Below, piece after piece: positions 40,325 through 49,435 of a stretch of DNA of 64,000 bases; position 1 is the first letter of the stretch; each line of letters starts with the position of its first letter. A program made the translations under genes and the position numbers. Below the pieces are notes generated by a model. The model had not been told where the DNA came from and did no database searches. It saw only the letters and a list, made by a program, of their open reading frames with translations. Where the stretch lies: sequence record PZ019085.1, one strand, 5' to 3'. This DNA comes from a phage.

Positions 40325-40537
40325 ATGCAGCAATTAAACGAAAGACAACTTCGTAATCTTACTGTAACCCAATTGGATGAAATCCGAAGAGAATTAGGAC
40401 ATTCTATTTCTCATTTAAACGAGGATATCCGTCAAACTGGTTCTAAAGCTGATTATACACGCAAGCGCAAGCTGGAAAAATACCTCACAGATGTTAAGGC
40501 CGTCCAAAGGCGAAAAATAAATACTGGCCAAAATTAA
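40325..40537 (+). CDS. hypothetical protein (T4 rI.-1 position)
   Basis: 70-aa ORF between tk and rI. Confidence 0.55.
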   Translation: MQQLNERQLRNLTVTQLDEIRRELGHSISHLNEDIRQTGSKADYTRKRKLEKYLTDVKAVQRRKINTGQN

Positions 40538-40549
40538 CAGGAGGCCTAT

Positions 40550-40852
40550 ATGGCCTTAAGAGCGATAGCTGTCATGGCGATGCTGGGGTTTTTTGCAGCA
40601 ACAACTCCTAACGTTGGTACTGCGTACACCGACCCATATTTTGATAACTTTATGGAATCAGGGATTAAAAACGTATATACTTTGTTTGAAATTCAAAATG
40701 TCGAGAATTCTGAAAAATTCTATAAGTATATGGCAAAGCATTACAAAAATAGCCCCTGTGACGATGCATTTGAATGTCATGAACAAGGCATAAAAACTGC
40801 CAGACAATTTGCCGAGTTCATGAAAATAAAATTAGAGCCTACATCTATCTAA
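40550..40852 (+). CDS. rI: lysis inhibition regulator RI (antiholin)
   Basis: 100 aa MALRAIAVMAMLGFF...DPYFDNFMESGIKNVYTLFE...; matches T4 RI as recalled, incl. N-terminal signal-anchor. Confidence 0.9.
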   Translation: MALRAIAVMAMLGFFAATTPNVGTAYTDPYFDNFMESGIKNVYTLFEIQNVENSEKFYKYMAKHYKNSPCDDAFECHEQGIKTARQFAEFMKIKLEPTSI

Positions 40853-40859
40853 TTTACTA

Positions 40860-40887
40860 GCCCCTTCCTTACGGTTGGGGCTTTTTT
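40860..40887 (+). terminator. rho-independent terminator
   Basis: GCCCCTTCC-TTAC-GGTTGGGGC hairpin followed by TTTTTT, just after the rI stop. Confidence 0.65.
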
Positions 40888-40897
40888 GCATTTAGCA

Positions 40898-40935
40898 GTT
40901 TACTTCTCCTCAGGTTGTGTTATAGTAGACCTTAC
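40898..40935 (+). promoter_or_regulatory. early promoter cassette (PeSL-like)
   Basis: GTTTAC...GTGTTATAGTAGACC. Confidence 0.5.
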
Positions 40936-40953
40936 TTACTAGAGGAGAACGTT

Positions 40954-41133
40954 ATGACACGTAAAGAAAAGATTTCTAAGTTGATGTTTTTGATTGAAGA
41001 GTACGCTAATGCGGTATCTGATTGGGAAAATGCTCATGGTTGCGAAGATGGAGACATCGACATTAACAGAGCTATGAAAAAGATGGCCGATGCCCACACC
41101 GAATTGCAAATGTATGTTAACGAGATTATGTGA
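40954..41133 (+). CDS. hypothetical protein
   Basis: 59 aa from ATG 40954 (SD GGAGAA). Confidence 0.5.
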   Translation: MTRKEKISKLMFLIEEYANAVSDWENAHGCEDGDIDINRAMKKMADAHTELQMYVNEIM

Positions 41134-41140
41134 GGATATT

Positions 41141-41305
41141 ATGCTTTACGATTATACTGGAAAATCTGAAGACGGTGTACTTGAACTTTTACCTGAAAGC
41201 GCTGAAGATGATATGGTAGTGATGTTTTGTGTCGGTTGTCAATCAATGCGTGATGAAATTTTTAAACGTGAACCAAGAAACTGTTGGCACAGGAGCATGA
41301 GATGA
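41141..41305 (+). CDS. small Cys-containing protein, MLYD paralog 1
   Basis: 54 aa MLYDYTGKSEDGVLELLPESAEDD..CVGC; SD GAGGA; paralog of 41397. Confidence 0.5.
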   Translation: MLYDYTGKSEDGVLELLPESAEDDMVVMFCVGCQSMRDEIFKREPRNCWHRSMR

Positions 41306-41397
41306 TTTACTATCTTGAACCTTGGGCTTGGTTAACAATGGCTATAGGGCCTGTTTTAATTGGTTTATTCTTTTCATGGTTAGCGAGGAAACTGTAA
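41302..41397 (+). CDS. 31-aa hydrophobic micro-protein
   Basis: MIYYLEPWAWLTMAIGPVLIGLFFSWLARKL; SD AGGAG; ATGA overlap with both neighbours; below ORF-track size cutoff. Confidence 0.4.
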   Translation: MIYYLEPWAWLTMAIGPVLIGLFFSWLARKL

Positions 41398-41612
41398 TGT
41401 TGTATGACCCAAGTGGTAATTTTGAAAATGGTGTGATTGTTCTGGAACCTGAGCATCCAGTTGGTGACGTATACCGCCCAGTTGAAGTATGCGAATGTAA
41501 TTTTGTTGCAGGTAATACTGGTGGGATTTCCATTGAGCAAGATGATGATGTTATTTACCTGGATGCAAGCCAAGTAGAAGCGCTTTATAGTATTTTAAAA
41601 CACAATCGGTAG
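41397..41612 (+). CDS. small Cys-containing protein, MLYD paralog 2
   Basis: 71 aa MLYDPSGNFENGVIVLEPEHPVGD..CEC; SD GAGGAAA. Confidence 0.5.
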   Translation: MLYDPSGNFENGVIVLEPEHPVGDVYRPVEVCECNFVAGNTGGISIEQDDDVIYLDASQVEALYSILKHNR

Positions 41613-41650
41613 TTTACGTCTTGGTAGGACTATGATATAGTAATCCTACC
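41612..41650 (+). promoter_or_regulatory. early promoter with inverted repeat (PeSL-like cassette)
   Basis: GTTTAC then GGTAGGACTATGATATAGTAATCCTACC palindrome. Confidence 0.55.
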
Positions 41651-41669
41651 AAAACAAATGGAGAACAAA

Positions 41670-41780
41670 ATGAAACTTTTGCTTATCGCTTATGTTGTAG
41701 TACAATACAATTATCCGATGTTTACTTATAACATGGTAAACGGCATAGTGAATCTTATTGAAACGAGTATGGTAAAATGA
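41670..41780 (+). CDS. 36-aa small ORF
   Basis: MKLLLIAYVVVQYNYPMFTYNMVNGIVNLIETSMVK; SD GGAGAA; first ORF after the promoter cassette. Confidence 0.35.
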   Translation: MKLLLIAYVVVQYNYPMFTYNMVNGIVNLIETSMVK

Positions 41781-41956
41781 CCCGTGAACAAGCTAATAAA
41801 TTGATGGACCTTATCCATGACTTACGTGAAGCCGATTCAGATTTGAATGATGTAGCTTATCATGCGGTAAATGATAACGTAGACTTTTATGAAAATCAGG
41901 TTGATGCTTGCCAGGATGCTTTGGTGAATTTTGTTGAAACTTTAATTGGTGAATAA
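41777..41956 (+). CDS. 59-aa acidic small protein
   Basis: MTREQANKLMDLIHDLREADSDLNDVAYHAV...; ATGA overlap with upstream ORF. Confidence 0.4.
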   Translation: MTREQANKLMDLIHDLREADSDLNDVAYHAVNDNVDFYENQVDACQDALVNFVETLIGE

Positions 41957-41957
41957 T

Positions 41958-42488
41958 ATGAAAACTGTAATTGAAACAACCGAGTTGTTTGGTGATTTAT
42001 GTATCGAAAAACGTGGTCATGTGTATGTTCTGACACAAGAAGATGATGCGGTCACTATTCTTCCTATGGAACTGGACAAGATTTTGAAACTCAATCCACC
42101 AGGCCATGCATCTGTAATTAACATTGACGAAGACCTTCAAGTTCGTTTTTATCATGGACTTTATAGTGGGGTTAATATCGAAACTGAAGACGAATGTTTT
42201 TCTATTAATAATTGGAAAACATTCGTCACTAAGGTGAAAGAATTCATGGAATCTGAAACAGCCAAAAAGGCCAAACTTCAATGGGCTAAATGCCGTAATG
42301 CTTTTATTACAAATCAGGACCGCCCTGACTATACAACAGTCCTAGGCGTTAATCCTTCGTATGAAGATGGTGACGTCGTAGTTATTCGCCAAATTGACGA
42401 CCTTCGTCAACATATCATTACATTAGACAAAGATGAAGCAGTTGCTCTTAAAGCTTATCTTGATTCTATTATCCCGACTTTGAAATAA
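41958..42488 (+). CDS. hypothetical protein
   Basis: 176 aa from ATG 41958. Confidence 0.6.
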   Translation: MKTVIETTELFGDLCIEKRGHVYVLTQEDDAVTILPMELDKILKLNPPGHASVINIDEDLQVRFYHGLYSGVNIETEDECFSINNWKTFVTKVKEFMESETAKKAKLQWAKCRNAFITNQDRPDYTTVLGVNPSYEDGDVVVIRQIDDLRQHIITLDKDEAVALKAYLDSIIPTLK

Positions 42489-42497
42489 GGAATTATT

Positions 42498-42971
42498 ATG
42501 ATTATCAATGAAAACTCTTGGCACTTTAAAATTTATGCCATGTTCAATAGTACATGGCATCGTCCGAAAACGTTGTGTGCTTATTTTTGGAAAACGTTAA
42601 TCCCAGTATTGGCTGTTTCAATTATTGGATTTGCTATTTTAGCAGCAGTCGTAATCATTGGCCAGGAATTTTTAACTAGATTCTTTGTTTTTAGCAGTCT
42701 ATGGACATTAGTTCCGGCCTCAATTGGCGTAGGCATTTTAATGGTAGCAGTCATGGCTTTTATTGCTACCGGGTTGGTAATTGGCCCGTCTTGGTTGTTA
42801 GACAAATATAACGACAGAAAATATTATAAAGAAATTGAGCTCATTGCACAAAACCAAGAACGAATTAAAAATGGACTTGAGCCTATTGAACGTAAGAAAT
42901 CATTAATAGGTGAATACCTTAAAGCTCGTAAAGAAAAAATCTGTCCTACTCTTGAATATAAGGCTAAATGA
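42498..42971 (+). CDS. integral membrane protein, hypothetical
   Basis: 157 aa with about three hydrophobic helices (LIPVLAVSIIGFAILAAVVII, VFSSLWTLVPASIGVGILMVAVMAFIATGLVI). Confidence 0.6.
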   Translation: MIINENSWHFKIYAMFNSTWHRPKTLCAYFWKTLIPVLAVSIIGFAILAAVVIIGQEFLTRFFVFSSLWTLVPASIGVGILMVAVMAFIATGLVIGPSWLLDKYNDRKYYKEIELIAQNQERIKNGLEPIERKKSLIGEYLKARKEKICPTLEYKAK

Positions 42972-43957
42972 TGAAAACAATTATGAAAGGCTACTTTGGT
43001 AGTCACCTTTATGGAATGTCTACTCCTGAATCCGACGTCGATTTTAAAGAAATTTATGTCCCTCATGCTCGTGATATTTTGACCGGTAACGTTAAAGAAC
43101 ATATGAGCAAGAACACGAATAACACATCTTCTAAGAACACAAAAGACGACGTGGACCACGAGTTGTATAGTCTCAAATATTTCTTTAAACTAGCTGCAGA
43201 TGGTGAAACCGTCGCATTAGATATGCTTCACACTCCACCAGGTTTAGTAGTTAAATCTGATTTGCCTGACGTGTGGAAGTATATTCAAGATAACAGGTCT
43301 CGTTTCTATACCACTAACATGAAATCTTATTTAGGGTATGTCCGTAAGCAAGCTTCTAAATATGGTGTCAAGGGTTCTCGACTGGCTGTTCTTCGTCAAG
43401 CCCTTAAACGTTCTAATGAATGGGGACAATACTTTGATAATGGTGCAGTAATTCGTTTATCACATATGAAGAATGTTCTGCCTGTAGGTGAATTTGCTTC
43501 ATGGGTTGAAACCGAAAACGAGAAAACAGGTAAGCAAACATTCTATAATCTGTTAGACCGTAAATTCCAAGACACATTAACCAATAAAGAGTTCAATGCC
43601 ATCCTTGTTAAACTAGAAGAGAACTATGGCGAACGTGCTCGTAAGGCAGAAGCTAACGAAGGTATTGACTGGAAAGCATTGAGTCATGCATGTCGTGGTG
43701 GACTTCAATTATTGGAAATTTACAAAACAGGCGACCTGGTTTACCCACTTCAGGATGCTCCGTTTATTCTCGATGTTAAGCTTGGTAAACATACGTTTAA
43801 AACTGTACAAGAATTCCTAGAAGATATCGTTGACCAAGTTGAACATGCGTCAGAACAAGCTGCCAAGAACGGTATGCAACAAAAAGTAGATATGAGTTTC
43901 TGGGATGACTTCCTTGAACAAGTCTATCTCGAAAATCATAATTCTTACTATAAATAA
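42968..43957 (+). CDS. putative nucleotidyltransferase (Pol-beta superfamily motif)
   Basis: 329 aa; N-terminal GSHLYGMSTPESDVDF fits the G[SG]x9-13Dx[DE] nucleotidyltransferase signature; ATGA overlap with the upstream membrane protein gene. Confidence 0.6.
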   Translation: MMKTIMKGYFGSHLYGMSTPESDVDFKEIYVPHARDILTGNVKEHMSKNTNNTSSKNTKDDVDHELYSLKYFFKLAADGETVALDMLHTPPGLVVKSDLPDVWKYIQDNRSRFYTTNMKSYLGYVRKQASKYGVKGSRLAVLRQALKRSNEWGQYFDNGAVIRLSHMKNVLPVGEFASWVETENEKTGKQTFYNLLDRKFQDTLTNKEFNAILVKLEENYGERARKAEANEGIDWKALSHACRGGLQLLEIYKTGDLVYPLQDAPFILDVKLGKHTFKTVQEFLEDIVDQVEHASEQAAKNGMQQKVDMSFWDDFLEQVYLENHNSYYK

Positions 43958-43988
43958 GTAGATAAATAACCCTTAACTTGAGGTAAAT

Positions 43989-44255
43989 ATGAAAAAACTA
44001 GTAATTGGTTTATTCGCAGTAATGATGGCGTTCTCTGTTGGTGCTACCATGGGTGCAGGAGCTGGTGGTAACCAGTCTTCTGGGCCTTCTAATGGTTCTG
44101 TAAATGCATCACATTCTCAGGGTATTGAGAACATTAAATCAAGCTATATTAATAGCACGGCTGGACAAGCAACTGAAGCATGGTCAAAGGGCCGAGTAGT
44201 TACTCACTCCGTATTCTGTGATATGCCTAATTATGTTGCTAAGTGCGATAAGTAA
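43989..44255 (+). CDS. secreted Gly/Ser-rich small protein
   Basis: 88 aa; signal peptide MKKLVIGLFAVMMAFSVGA then GAGAGGNQSSGPSNGS; two Cys near the C-terminus. Confidence 0.6.
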   Translation: MKKLVIGLFAVMMAFSVGATMGAGAGGNQSSGPSNGSVNASHSQGIENIKSSYINSTAGQATEAWSKGRVVTHSVFCDMPNYVAKCDK

Positions 44256-44260
44256 ATGTG

Positions 44261-44280
44261 GGGACCTTCGGGTCCCTTTA
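44261..44280 (+). terminator. hairpin, probable terminator
   Basis: GGGACC-TTCG-GGTCCC followed by TTTA. Confidence 0.5.
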
Positions 44281-44307
44281 GGGGGTTAAAATATTTTTAA
44301 AAAAGTA

Positions 44308-44345
44308 GTGTACATGCTTTTAGGATATGTTATTATAGACCTATC
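44308..44345 (+). promoter_or_regulatory. early promoter cassette (PeSL-like)
   Basis: GTGTAC...GGATATGTTATTATAGACCTATCGAAACGAAATGAG. Confidence 0.5.
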
Positions 44346-44374
44346 GAAACGAAATGAGTAAATTGGAGAATAAA

Positions 44375-45355
44375 ATGTTCAACGTTCAAATCAAAAAAGG
44401 TATCTATCGTAATAACGAAATCTCTGGTTCTTATGTTGCCACAAAGACATGGTTCCCGGCAAAGCTTAATCCTGAATGTTCCCACTTAGGTGATGGTAAA
44501 ATTTTCGTTATGATTGATGGTTCTGAACGTGGAGTATGGGTCTTCAAATCAGACATCGTAATGGAAGGAGTTGAGACATCACCAGTTGCAGTTGTTGAAA
44601 GCACTGAAGATATGAAAACTCGTATCAACAAACGCTTTAAAGTAATGAACATGATGACGAATGGCATTATCGATGGCAAAATTCGTTCACTCATTATTTC
44701 AGGTGCAGCTGGTATTGGTAAGACGTATTCTCTGGATAAAGCACTTAATAATGCTAATGATAATGGTTTCATCAAATACAAAAGCATTAATGGTAAAATC
44801 TCCGGTATTGGCCTTTACGAACAGCTTTGGCTCAACCGTGATGCAGACAGCGTTCTCTTAATCGACGACGTTGACGTATTCTCGGATATGGACATCTTGA
44901 ACCTTCTTAAAGCAGCATTAGATACCGGAGATAAACGCAAAGTTTGTTGGAGCACTGCGTCATCTTATCTCGATGATAAGGGTATTGATAAAGAATTTGA
45001 GTTTGAAGGTACTATCGTTTTCATTACAAACGTTGATATCGATAAAGAGTTAGAACGCGGTTCGAAACTTGCTCCACACCTTCAAGCTTTAGTATCTCGT
45101 TCAGTGTATCTCGACCTTGGAGTACACTCTAATGAAGAGATTATGGTTCGAGTTGAAGATGTAATATTATCTACTGACATGATGCAGAAACGTGGCTTGA
45201 CTGATGCTGAAACGTACAAAGCATTGTCCTGGATGAAGGCTAATGTATCTCGTCTTCGCAATGTATCATTACGTACCGCTCTTTATGTAGCAGATTTTAT
45301 TTCAACTGATAAAGATGGTTGGGAGGAAATCTCTGAAGTTACTTTACTGAAATAA
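44375..45355 (+). CDS. P-loop ATPase (AAA-like), hypothetical
   Basis: 326 aa from ATG 44375 (SD GGAGAA); Walker A GAAGIGKT, Walker B LLIDDVD. Confidence 0.65.
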   Translation: MFNVQIKKGIYRNNEISGSYVATKTWFPAKLNPECSHLGDGKIFVMIDGSERGVWVFKSDIVMEGVETSPVAVVESTEDMKTRINKRFKVMNMMTNGIIDGKIRSLIISGAAGIGKTYSLDKALNNANDNGFIKYKSINGKISGIGLYEQLWLNRDADSVLLIDDVDVFSDMDILNLLKAALDTGDKRKVCWSTASSYLDDKGIDKEFEFEGTIVFITNVDIDKELERGSKLAPHLQALVSRSVYLDLGVHSNEEIMVRVEDVILSTDMMQKRGLTDAETYKALSWMKANVSRLRNVSLRTALYVADFISTDKDGWEEISEVTLLK

Positions 45356-45493
45356 GCTTATAGGAAGTTCTGAGGTAACAAAAGCCATAAAGATGAATAA
45401 TCATATGGCTTACCTCAAAGAAGGACACCAGGAACCTACTGAGGGCATAGAAATATTTAAAAATAATGTTGTACAAATCAAAGAGGATATGAT

Positions 45494-45781
45494 ATGGATT
45501 TTATGCAAAAAATTAAAGCCGCAGTCGAACTGTATGCTCATCGTATGGTTAGTTCTACGATGCAATATAGCGAGGAGGTTCGCCAGGACTCTTCCTTGAA
45601 AGGAAAAACTAAAGCCTTAATTACCTTAGATCGTCTACAAAAGAATGCCCTAGAGTTGTTCCAGTACGACAAGGATGCATATAAGAAAGAACAGGAAGAG
45701 AAACTTAAATCCGAAAAATTACAGAAAATTCCGAAGTCGGTTTGGTTCAGTGGAAAAAATACCGAAAAAAGTTTCTTTTAG
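45494..45781 (+). CDS. hypothetical protein
   Basis: 95 aa from ATG 45494 (SD AAGAGGA); Lys/Glu-rich. Confidence 0.55.
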   Translation: MDFMQKIKAAVELYAHRMVSSTMQYSEEVRQDSSLKGKTKALITLDRLQKNALELFQYDKDAYKKEQEEKLKSEKLQKIPKSVWFSGKNTEKSFF

Positions 45782-45783
45782 TT

Positions 45784-45822
45784 GTTTACAAGGTCTATGG
45801 TTATGTTATTATAGACCTATCA
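45784..45822 (+). promoter_or_regulatory. early promoter with inverted repeat (PeSL-like cassette)
   Basis: GTTTAC then GGTCTATGGTTATGTTATTATAGACC palindrome. Confidence 0.55.
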
Positions 45823-45839
45823 ACTACTGGAGGTAAAAC

Positions 45840-46367
45840 ATGAACGCTAAAGATATTTTCAACCTGGTAAATTATAACGACGGTAAATTTAAATCTGAAG
45901 CACAAAGCAAGTTCTTTAATGACGTTGCTTATGGTAATCTCATTACCGTGGATGGAGGTCAGATTTTCAAATCTCGCTGGAATTGGATTGCTATCATCGA
46001 TTCAGTTGGAATTGTGGAAGTCTACAAAAACACTAACAAAAAACGTACATTATTCTGGTCTCGTGAAACTAACGAGCAGTACAAAAAGGATAAAGCATCT
46101 CGTTTATCCAAAGTAACCCAGGAAGATATCGAGTTTATCAAGAAAGATATCGAGATGTACGAAAATTTAATCGCTGAAGACCAGGCAGTACTCGATAAGT
46201 TTGATGAAATTAAAGCTTCTCGTGAAATCCCTGACTTCATGAAAGAATCAGTAAACGAACGATACGCTCTCACTTCAGAACGTATTGCAAACTATACAAA
46301 ACAGAAAGCAGAACGCATTAGTACTCTTCGGAAATTTGAAGAACGTTTAAAGACGGTTCACGCATAA
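45840..46367 (+). CDS. hypothetical protein
   Basis: 175-aa ORF; helical, charged C-terminal half. Confidence 0.6.
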   Translation: MNAKDIFNLVNYNDGKFKSEAQSKFFNDVAYGNLITVDGGQIFKSRWNWIAIIDSVGIVEVYKNTNKKRTLFWSRETNEQYKKDKASRLSKVTQEDIEFIKKDIEMYENLIAEDQAVLDKFDEIKASREIPDFMKESVNERYALTSERIANYTKQKAERISTLRKFEERLKTVHA

Positions 46368-46369
46368 AC

Positions 46370-46394
46370 GCTTTACCCAAGGACGGGTTATAAT
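46370..46394 (+). promoter_or_regulatory. middle-type promoter (MotA-box-like + TATAAT)
   Basis: CGCTTTA (one mismatch to the T4 MotA box TGCTTtA) then 13 nt then TATAAT. Confidence 0.45.
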
Positions 46395-46429
46395 GGTTTT
46401 GAGTTCCAATTCAATATGAGGAAATAGTT

Positions 46430-47425
46430 ATGAGCATTACATCTGATGCGGTAAAACATGAAATTAACGGTTTATGTGCTTCACAGATTAAAGTGTGGTT
46501 TAAAGACCATAATGATCGCAGAGCACTTAATTATGAGCAAATTGCTATCCAAGTTCATCAATTACTGACTAGTAAATTTGATTTTCATATGCCATCTGAA
46601 ATCTATACTAATCTGCCGCGAGCACTTATTAAAGCGTGTAAAGGTTATGGAAAATCAATGGCCGATGGAATCTTCAGCGCGCTGAATAAACTTAACGTTC
46701 TGTCGATGATTAACTCTAACAATATCCTGCGTAATCTAGGACGTACTGATTTGTTCGGTCGTGAACAGTGTAAAATGCCTTTGAAATGGATTGTTGCTCA
46801 TCTTAACGAGAACCAAACACGTTTTCTGGCCGTATCAGCACGCTTACAAATGGGCCTAGATCGTCAGATGAACTTTAAAACTCATCCACGTTATTCAGGT
46901 TCAACAGACTTTTATAAATGTGAGCTTCAAAAGGTTGCAGGTAAAACTGTCTTGGTAGTTCGTGTAACGTTTGAAGGACGACGTCAAGGATATTTTGACC
47001 TAATCGGCTCTGGTCTCAAACATTGTGGATTTATCGACGAAGTTGATATCAAGCGAGACGGCACTGGATACCGTATTGGATATGTTTGCACTCTTAAAGA
47101 AGAGATTTCGGGACCAGCACCAGGACTAAAAGATGTTAGATATAAAGACGAGCTCGTTGAAGAAATAAAAGAAGTTGAATATGATATCAACCAAGAAGAT
47201 GCTCTTAAAGACCTTATTGACGAACTAAACCAAGACGTTATTCCGGTTCAGAAATTTGAATCAAAACATGCTGAGCAAATCAAATACTTTGAAGCTTTGA
47301 TTAACGAACTTAATGTAACTATTCAACAGACTGATGATGAAATCTCACGATTAGCAGGCTTAAATGGTAAAAATAAAACGGAACGAGCTAATCTTATTCA
47401 AGTAGTAAAACTTCTTAAGGAATGA
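46430..47425 (+). CDS. hypothetical protein with C-terminal coiled coil
   Basis: 331-aa ORF; Cys-containing N-terminal domain; acidic C-terminal heptad region ...EEIKEVEYDINQEDALKDLIDELNQ... Confidence 0.6.
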   Translation: MSITSDAVKHEINGLCASQIKVWFKDHNDRRALNYEQIAIQVHQLLTSKFDFHMPSEIYTNLPRALIKACKGYGKSMADGIFSALNKLNVLSMINSNNILRNLGRTDLFGREQCKMPLKWIVAHLNENQTRFLAVSARLQMGLDRQMNFKTHPRYSGSTDFYKCELQKVAGKTVLVVRVTFEGRRQGYFDLIGSGLKHCGFIDEVDIKRDGTGYRIGYVCTLKEEISGPAPGLKDVRYKDELVEEIKEVEYDINQEDALKDLIDELNQDVIPVQKFESKHAEQIKYFEALINELNVTIQQTDDEISRLAGLNGKNKTERANLIQVVKLLKE

Positions 47426-47454
47426 TGTACAACCAGGGATGGTTGGAGTATAAT
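47425..47454 (+). promoter_or_regulatory. sigma70-like promoter
   Basis: ATGTAC, 18-bp spacer, TATAAT; spacer motif GGATGGTTGGAGTATAAT repeated at 48438-48456. Confidence 0.5.
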
Positions 47455-47480
47455 AAATTTTTCAACATGAGGAATATAAA

Positions 47481-48455
47481 ATGGCTTTTATTACACGTAG
47501 AGAACTTATCAAAGAATTTACCTCGAACGCATATACCCCAGGACCTAATCCTATCCGTATGCCTGTAAAGACTCCTGAAGAGATTGAGGAAATCTGTTCA
47601 TATTATGGGATTAATTCTCGTATGTTTACTCAATTTGAATGCATTACTAACACACCCGTTAAAGAGTTCATTAAAAATGGTGAGTTCAGCCGTTTATTAG
47701 CCAAACAGAAACTTCGTAATTTTTGTATCGGCGGTGAAGGACAATATTTCGCTAAACAGTTCCGAAATAACCTTAACAATCTGATGGCCATTGCTTCTCG
47801 TATTCGTCCTCAAGCAATTAACATGAAACATTTGAAATATACTTACGATAAGTTAGAAATCATGGTTATCAGTGAGAACGAGTTCACTCTTACATATAAT
47901 CCTAAGAATGATAACGTTGCTCGTGTATTCCACCAAGCACTAGAAGTTTTAGGCGATAATATCCACCAGATTAAAGCGATTTATTCTCGTGAGCTTAATA
48001 TTATTGACCCTATCAAGAATAAGGGCAATATCGCTATCCAGGCTCGTGTATCTATTGGTAAAAAGGTTCCTGCGCCATGGTGGCACAAAGACTCTGAATA
48101 CTATCAAAATCTTAAAAAGGAAAATGCATTGTTTGAAGCATCGCTTACTGGGACCCCAATTGAACAGGCCGAAGTCCTAAGTGCTTATTCTACTTCGGGT
48201 AAATCAATGTTTAAAGGTTTGCCAAATGTGTGCAAACTGTCTGCAGTAAAACTAAATGTTTCTAATGACCTTCTTCCGGCCGAAGATTACCATTACAATC
48301 AAATCAAGGCCACTATGGACCAACTGTCTGTTGAACTTGACAAAGCACAAGCTAAGCTTCGTGATGCTCAAAGTGTTGTAACGAATCTCCAGTTGCAGTA
48401 TTCTAAACTTTTTAACGCAATGAATGCATTAAAATCATGGATGGTTGGAGTATAA
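47481..48455 (+). CDS. hypothetical protein with C-terminal coiled coil
   Basis: 324-aa ORF; C-terminus ...QLSVELDKAQAKLRDAQSVVTNLQLQYSKLFNAMNALKSW. Confidence 0.6.
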   Translation: MAFITRRELIKEFTSNAYTPGPNPIRMPVKTPEEIEEICSYYGINSRMFTQFECITNTPVKEFIKNGEFSRLLAKQKLRNFCIGGEGQYFAKQFRNNLNNLMAIASRIRPQAINMKHLKYTYDKLEIMVISENEFTLTYNPKNDNVARVFHQALEVLGDNIHQIKAIYSRELNIIDPIKNKGNIAIQARVSIGKKVPAPWWHKDSEYYQNLKKENALFEASLTGTPIEQAEVLSAYSTSGKSMFKGLPNVCKLSAVKLNVSNDLLPAEDYHYNQIKATMDQLSVELDKAQAKLRDAQSVVTNLQLQYSKLFNAMNALKSWMVGV

Positions 48456-48456
48456 T
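48427..48456 (+). promoter_or_regulatory. possible promoter inside the 3' end of the upstream gene
   Basis: GGATGGTTGGAGTATAAT, same motif as 47438-47454, overlapping the last codons of ORF 47481-48455. Confidence 0.4.
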
Positions 48457-48484
48457 GAATCTATCTTAACGAGAGGAAAATATT

Positions 48485-49435
48485 ATGACACGTTCACATT
48501 ACATTGAATACTTTGCCGGTCTTATCGCTAACGTTCATGCCCAACGTGCTTCTGGTTCATTAGGATTTGATGTTCCACATCGAGTTGTAGTAAGTGGTAT
48601 TCTTCGAGATTTTGGTACATACACAGGCCAAGAAAATCATATCTGTAAAGATACTCAAAATGCGTATTCTCATTCATTAGGGACACTGCTTCAATGGTTC
48701 AAACGTTCTCGTTTATTATCTTCTACTGTGGCTCGTGATAACATTAAAAACTTTATGAAGCCCAGCTTTATTAAATCTGTGACATCTAAAACCGATTTAG
48801 TTGAATTTACTATTATTAACGATGTTAAAAAGACTCATTTGGCCGATTGGTTATCTACCATTCCTGAAACTAAATTTGCTGATAAATTTGCTTGTGAATT
48901 CAATAACCAAGTGAATATGCTTTTTAAACATTCTCGTAAATTATTCACAGGCGGCGATGATCGTACAAATAAAGTTCATGTTAAAGATTGGGTTACTGCA
49001 GTATTCAAACCAACCGGTAATGGTAACGCATCATTGTCAATTGATATCCAGGTTCCTTATTACTACTCACGTAATCTCGGCACCATGAAAGCTGAAGAAA
49101 TTAAGAAGCACAATAAAACCATTCGTTCGCTGTCTTATAAACTTCGCATGATGTTACAGACTATGGATGTTGTTGAAATGTTCGACGAAACCGAAGATAA
49201 TGGTTCAATGTTATTCAGTTCTCGAATTAAAATTAAACTGAAGAACCCTAACGAGTATAAGCCTAAGCCTATTAAAGAGCCTAAAGCAGAAAAAGTTGAT
49301 AACTTAAGAGAAGAACGCGAATATCTCAAATCCCGTCTGAAAGAAGTCGAAGCCCAGATTGCAGAACAAACTAAATCGTTAAAAGCTCTGAATGCGAAAG
49401 CGGACGGTTTAAGAAATGCCATTGAGGTTTTATAA
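48485..49435 (+). CDS. hypothetical protein with C-terminal coiled coil
   Basis: 316-aa ORF; C-terminus ...KVDNLREEREYLKSRLKEVEAQIAEQTKSLKALNAKADGLRNAIEVL. Confidence 0.6.
   Translation: MTRSHYIEYFAGLIANVHAQRASGSLGFDVPHRVVVSGILRDFGTYTGQENHICKDTQNAYSHSLGTLLQWFKRSRLLSSTVARDNIKNFMKPSFIKSVTSKTDLVEFTIINDVKKTHLADWLSTIPETKFADKFACEFNNQVNMLFKHSRKLFTGGDDRTNKVHVKDWVTAVFKPTGNGNASLSIDIQVPYYYSRNLGTMKAEEIKKHNKTIRSLSYKLRMMLQTMDVVEMFDETEDNGSMLFSSRIKIKLKNPNEYKPKPIKEPKAEKVDNLREEREYLKSRLKEVEAQIAEQTKSLKALNAKADGLRNAIEVL

Noticed and set aside
45393-45599. 68-aa ORF overlapping the start of ORF 45494-45781
   Set aside because: Overlaps the better-supported ORF by about 100 nt in another frame and lacks a convincing SD; the 45494 ORF has a strong AAGAGGA site.
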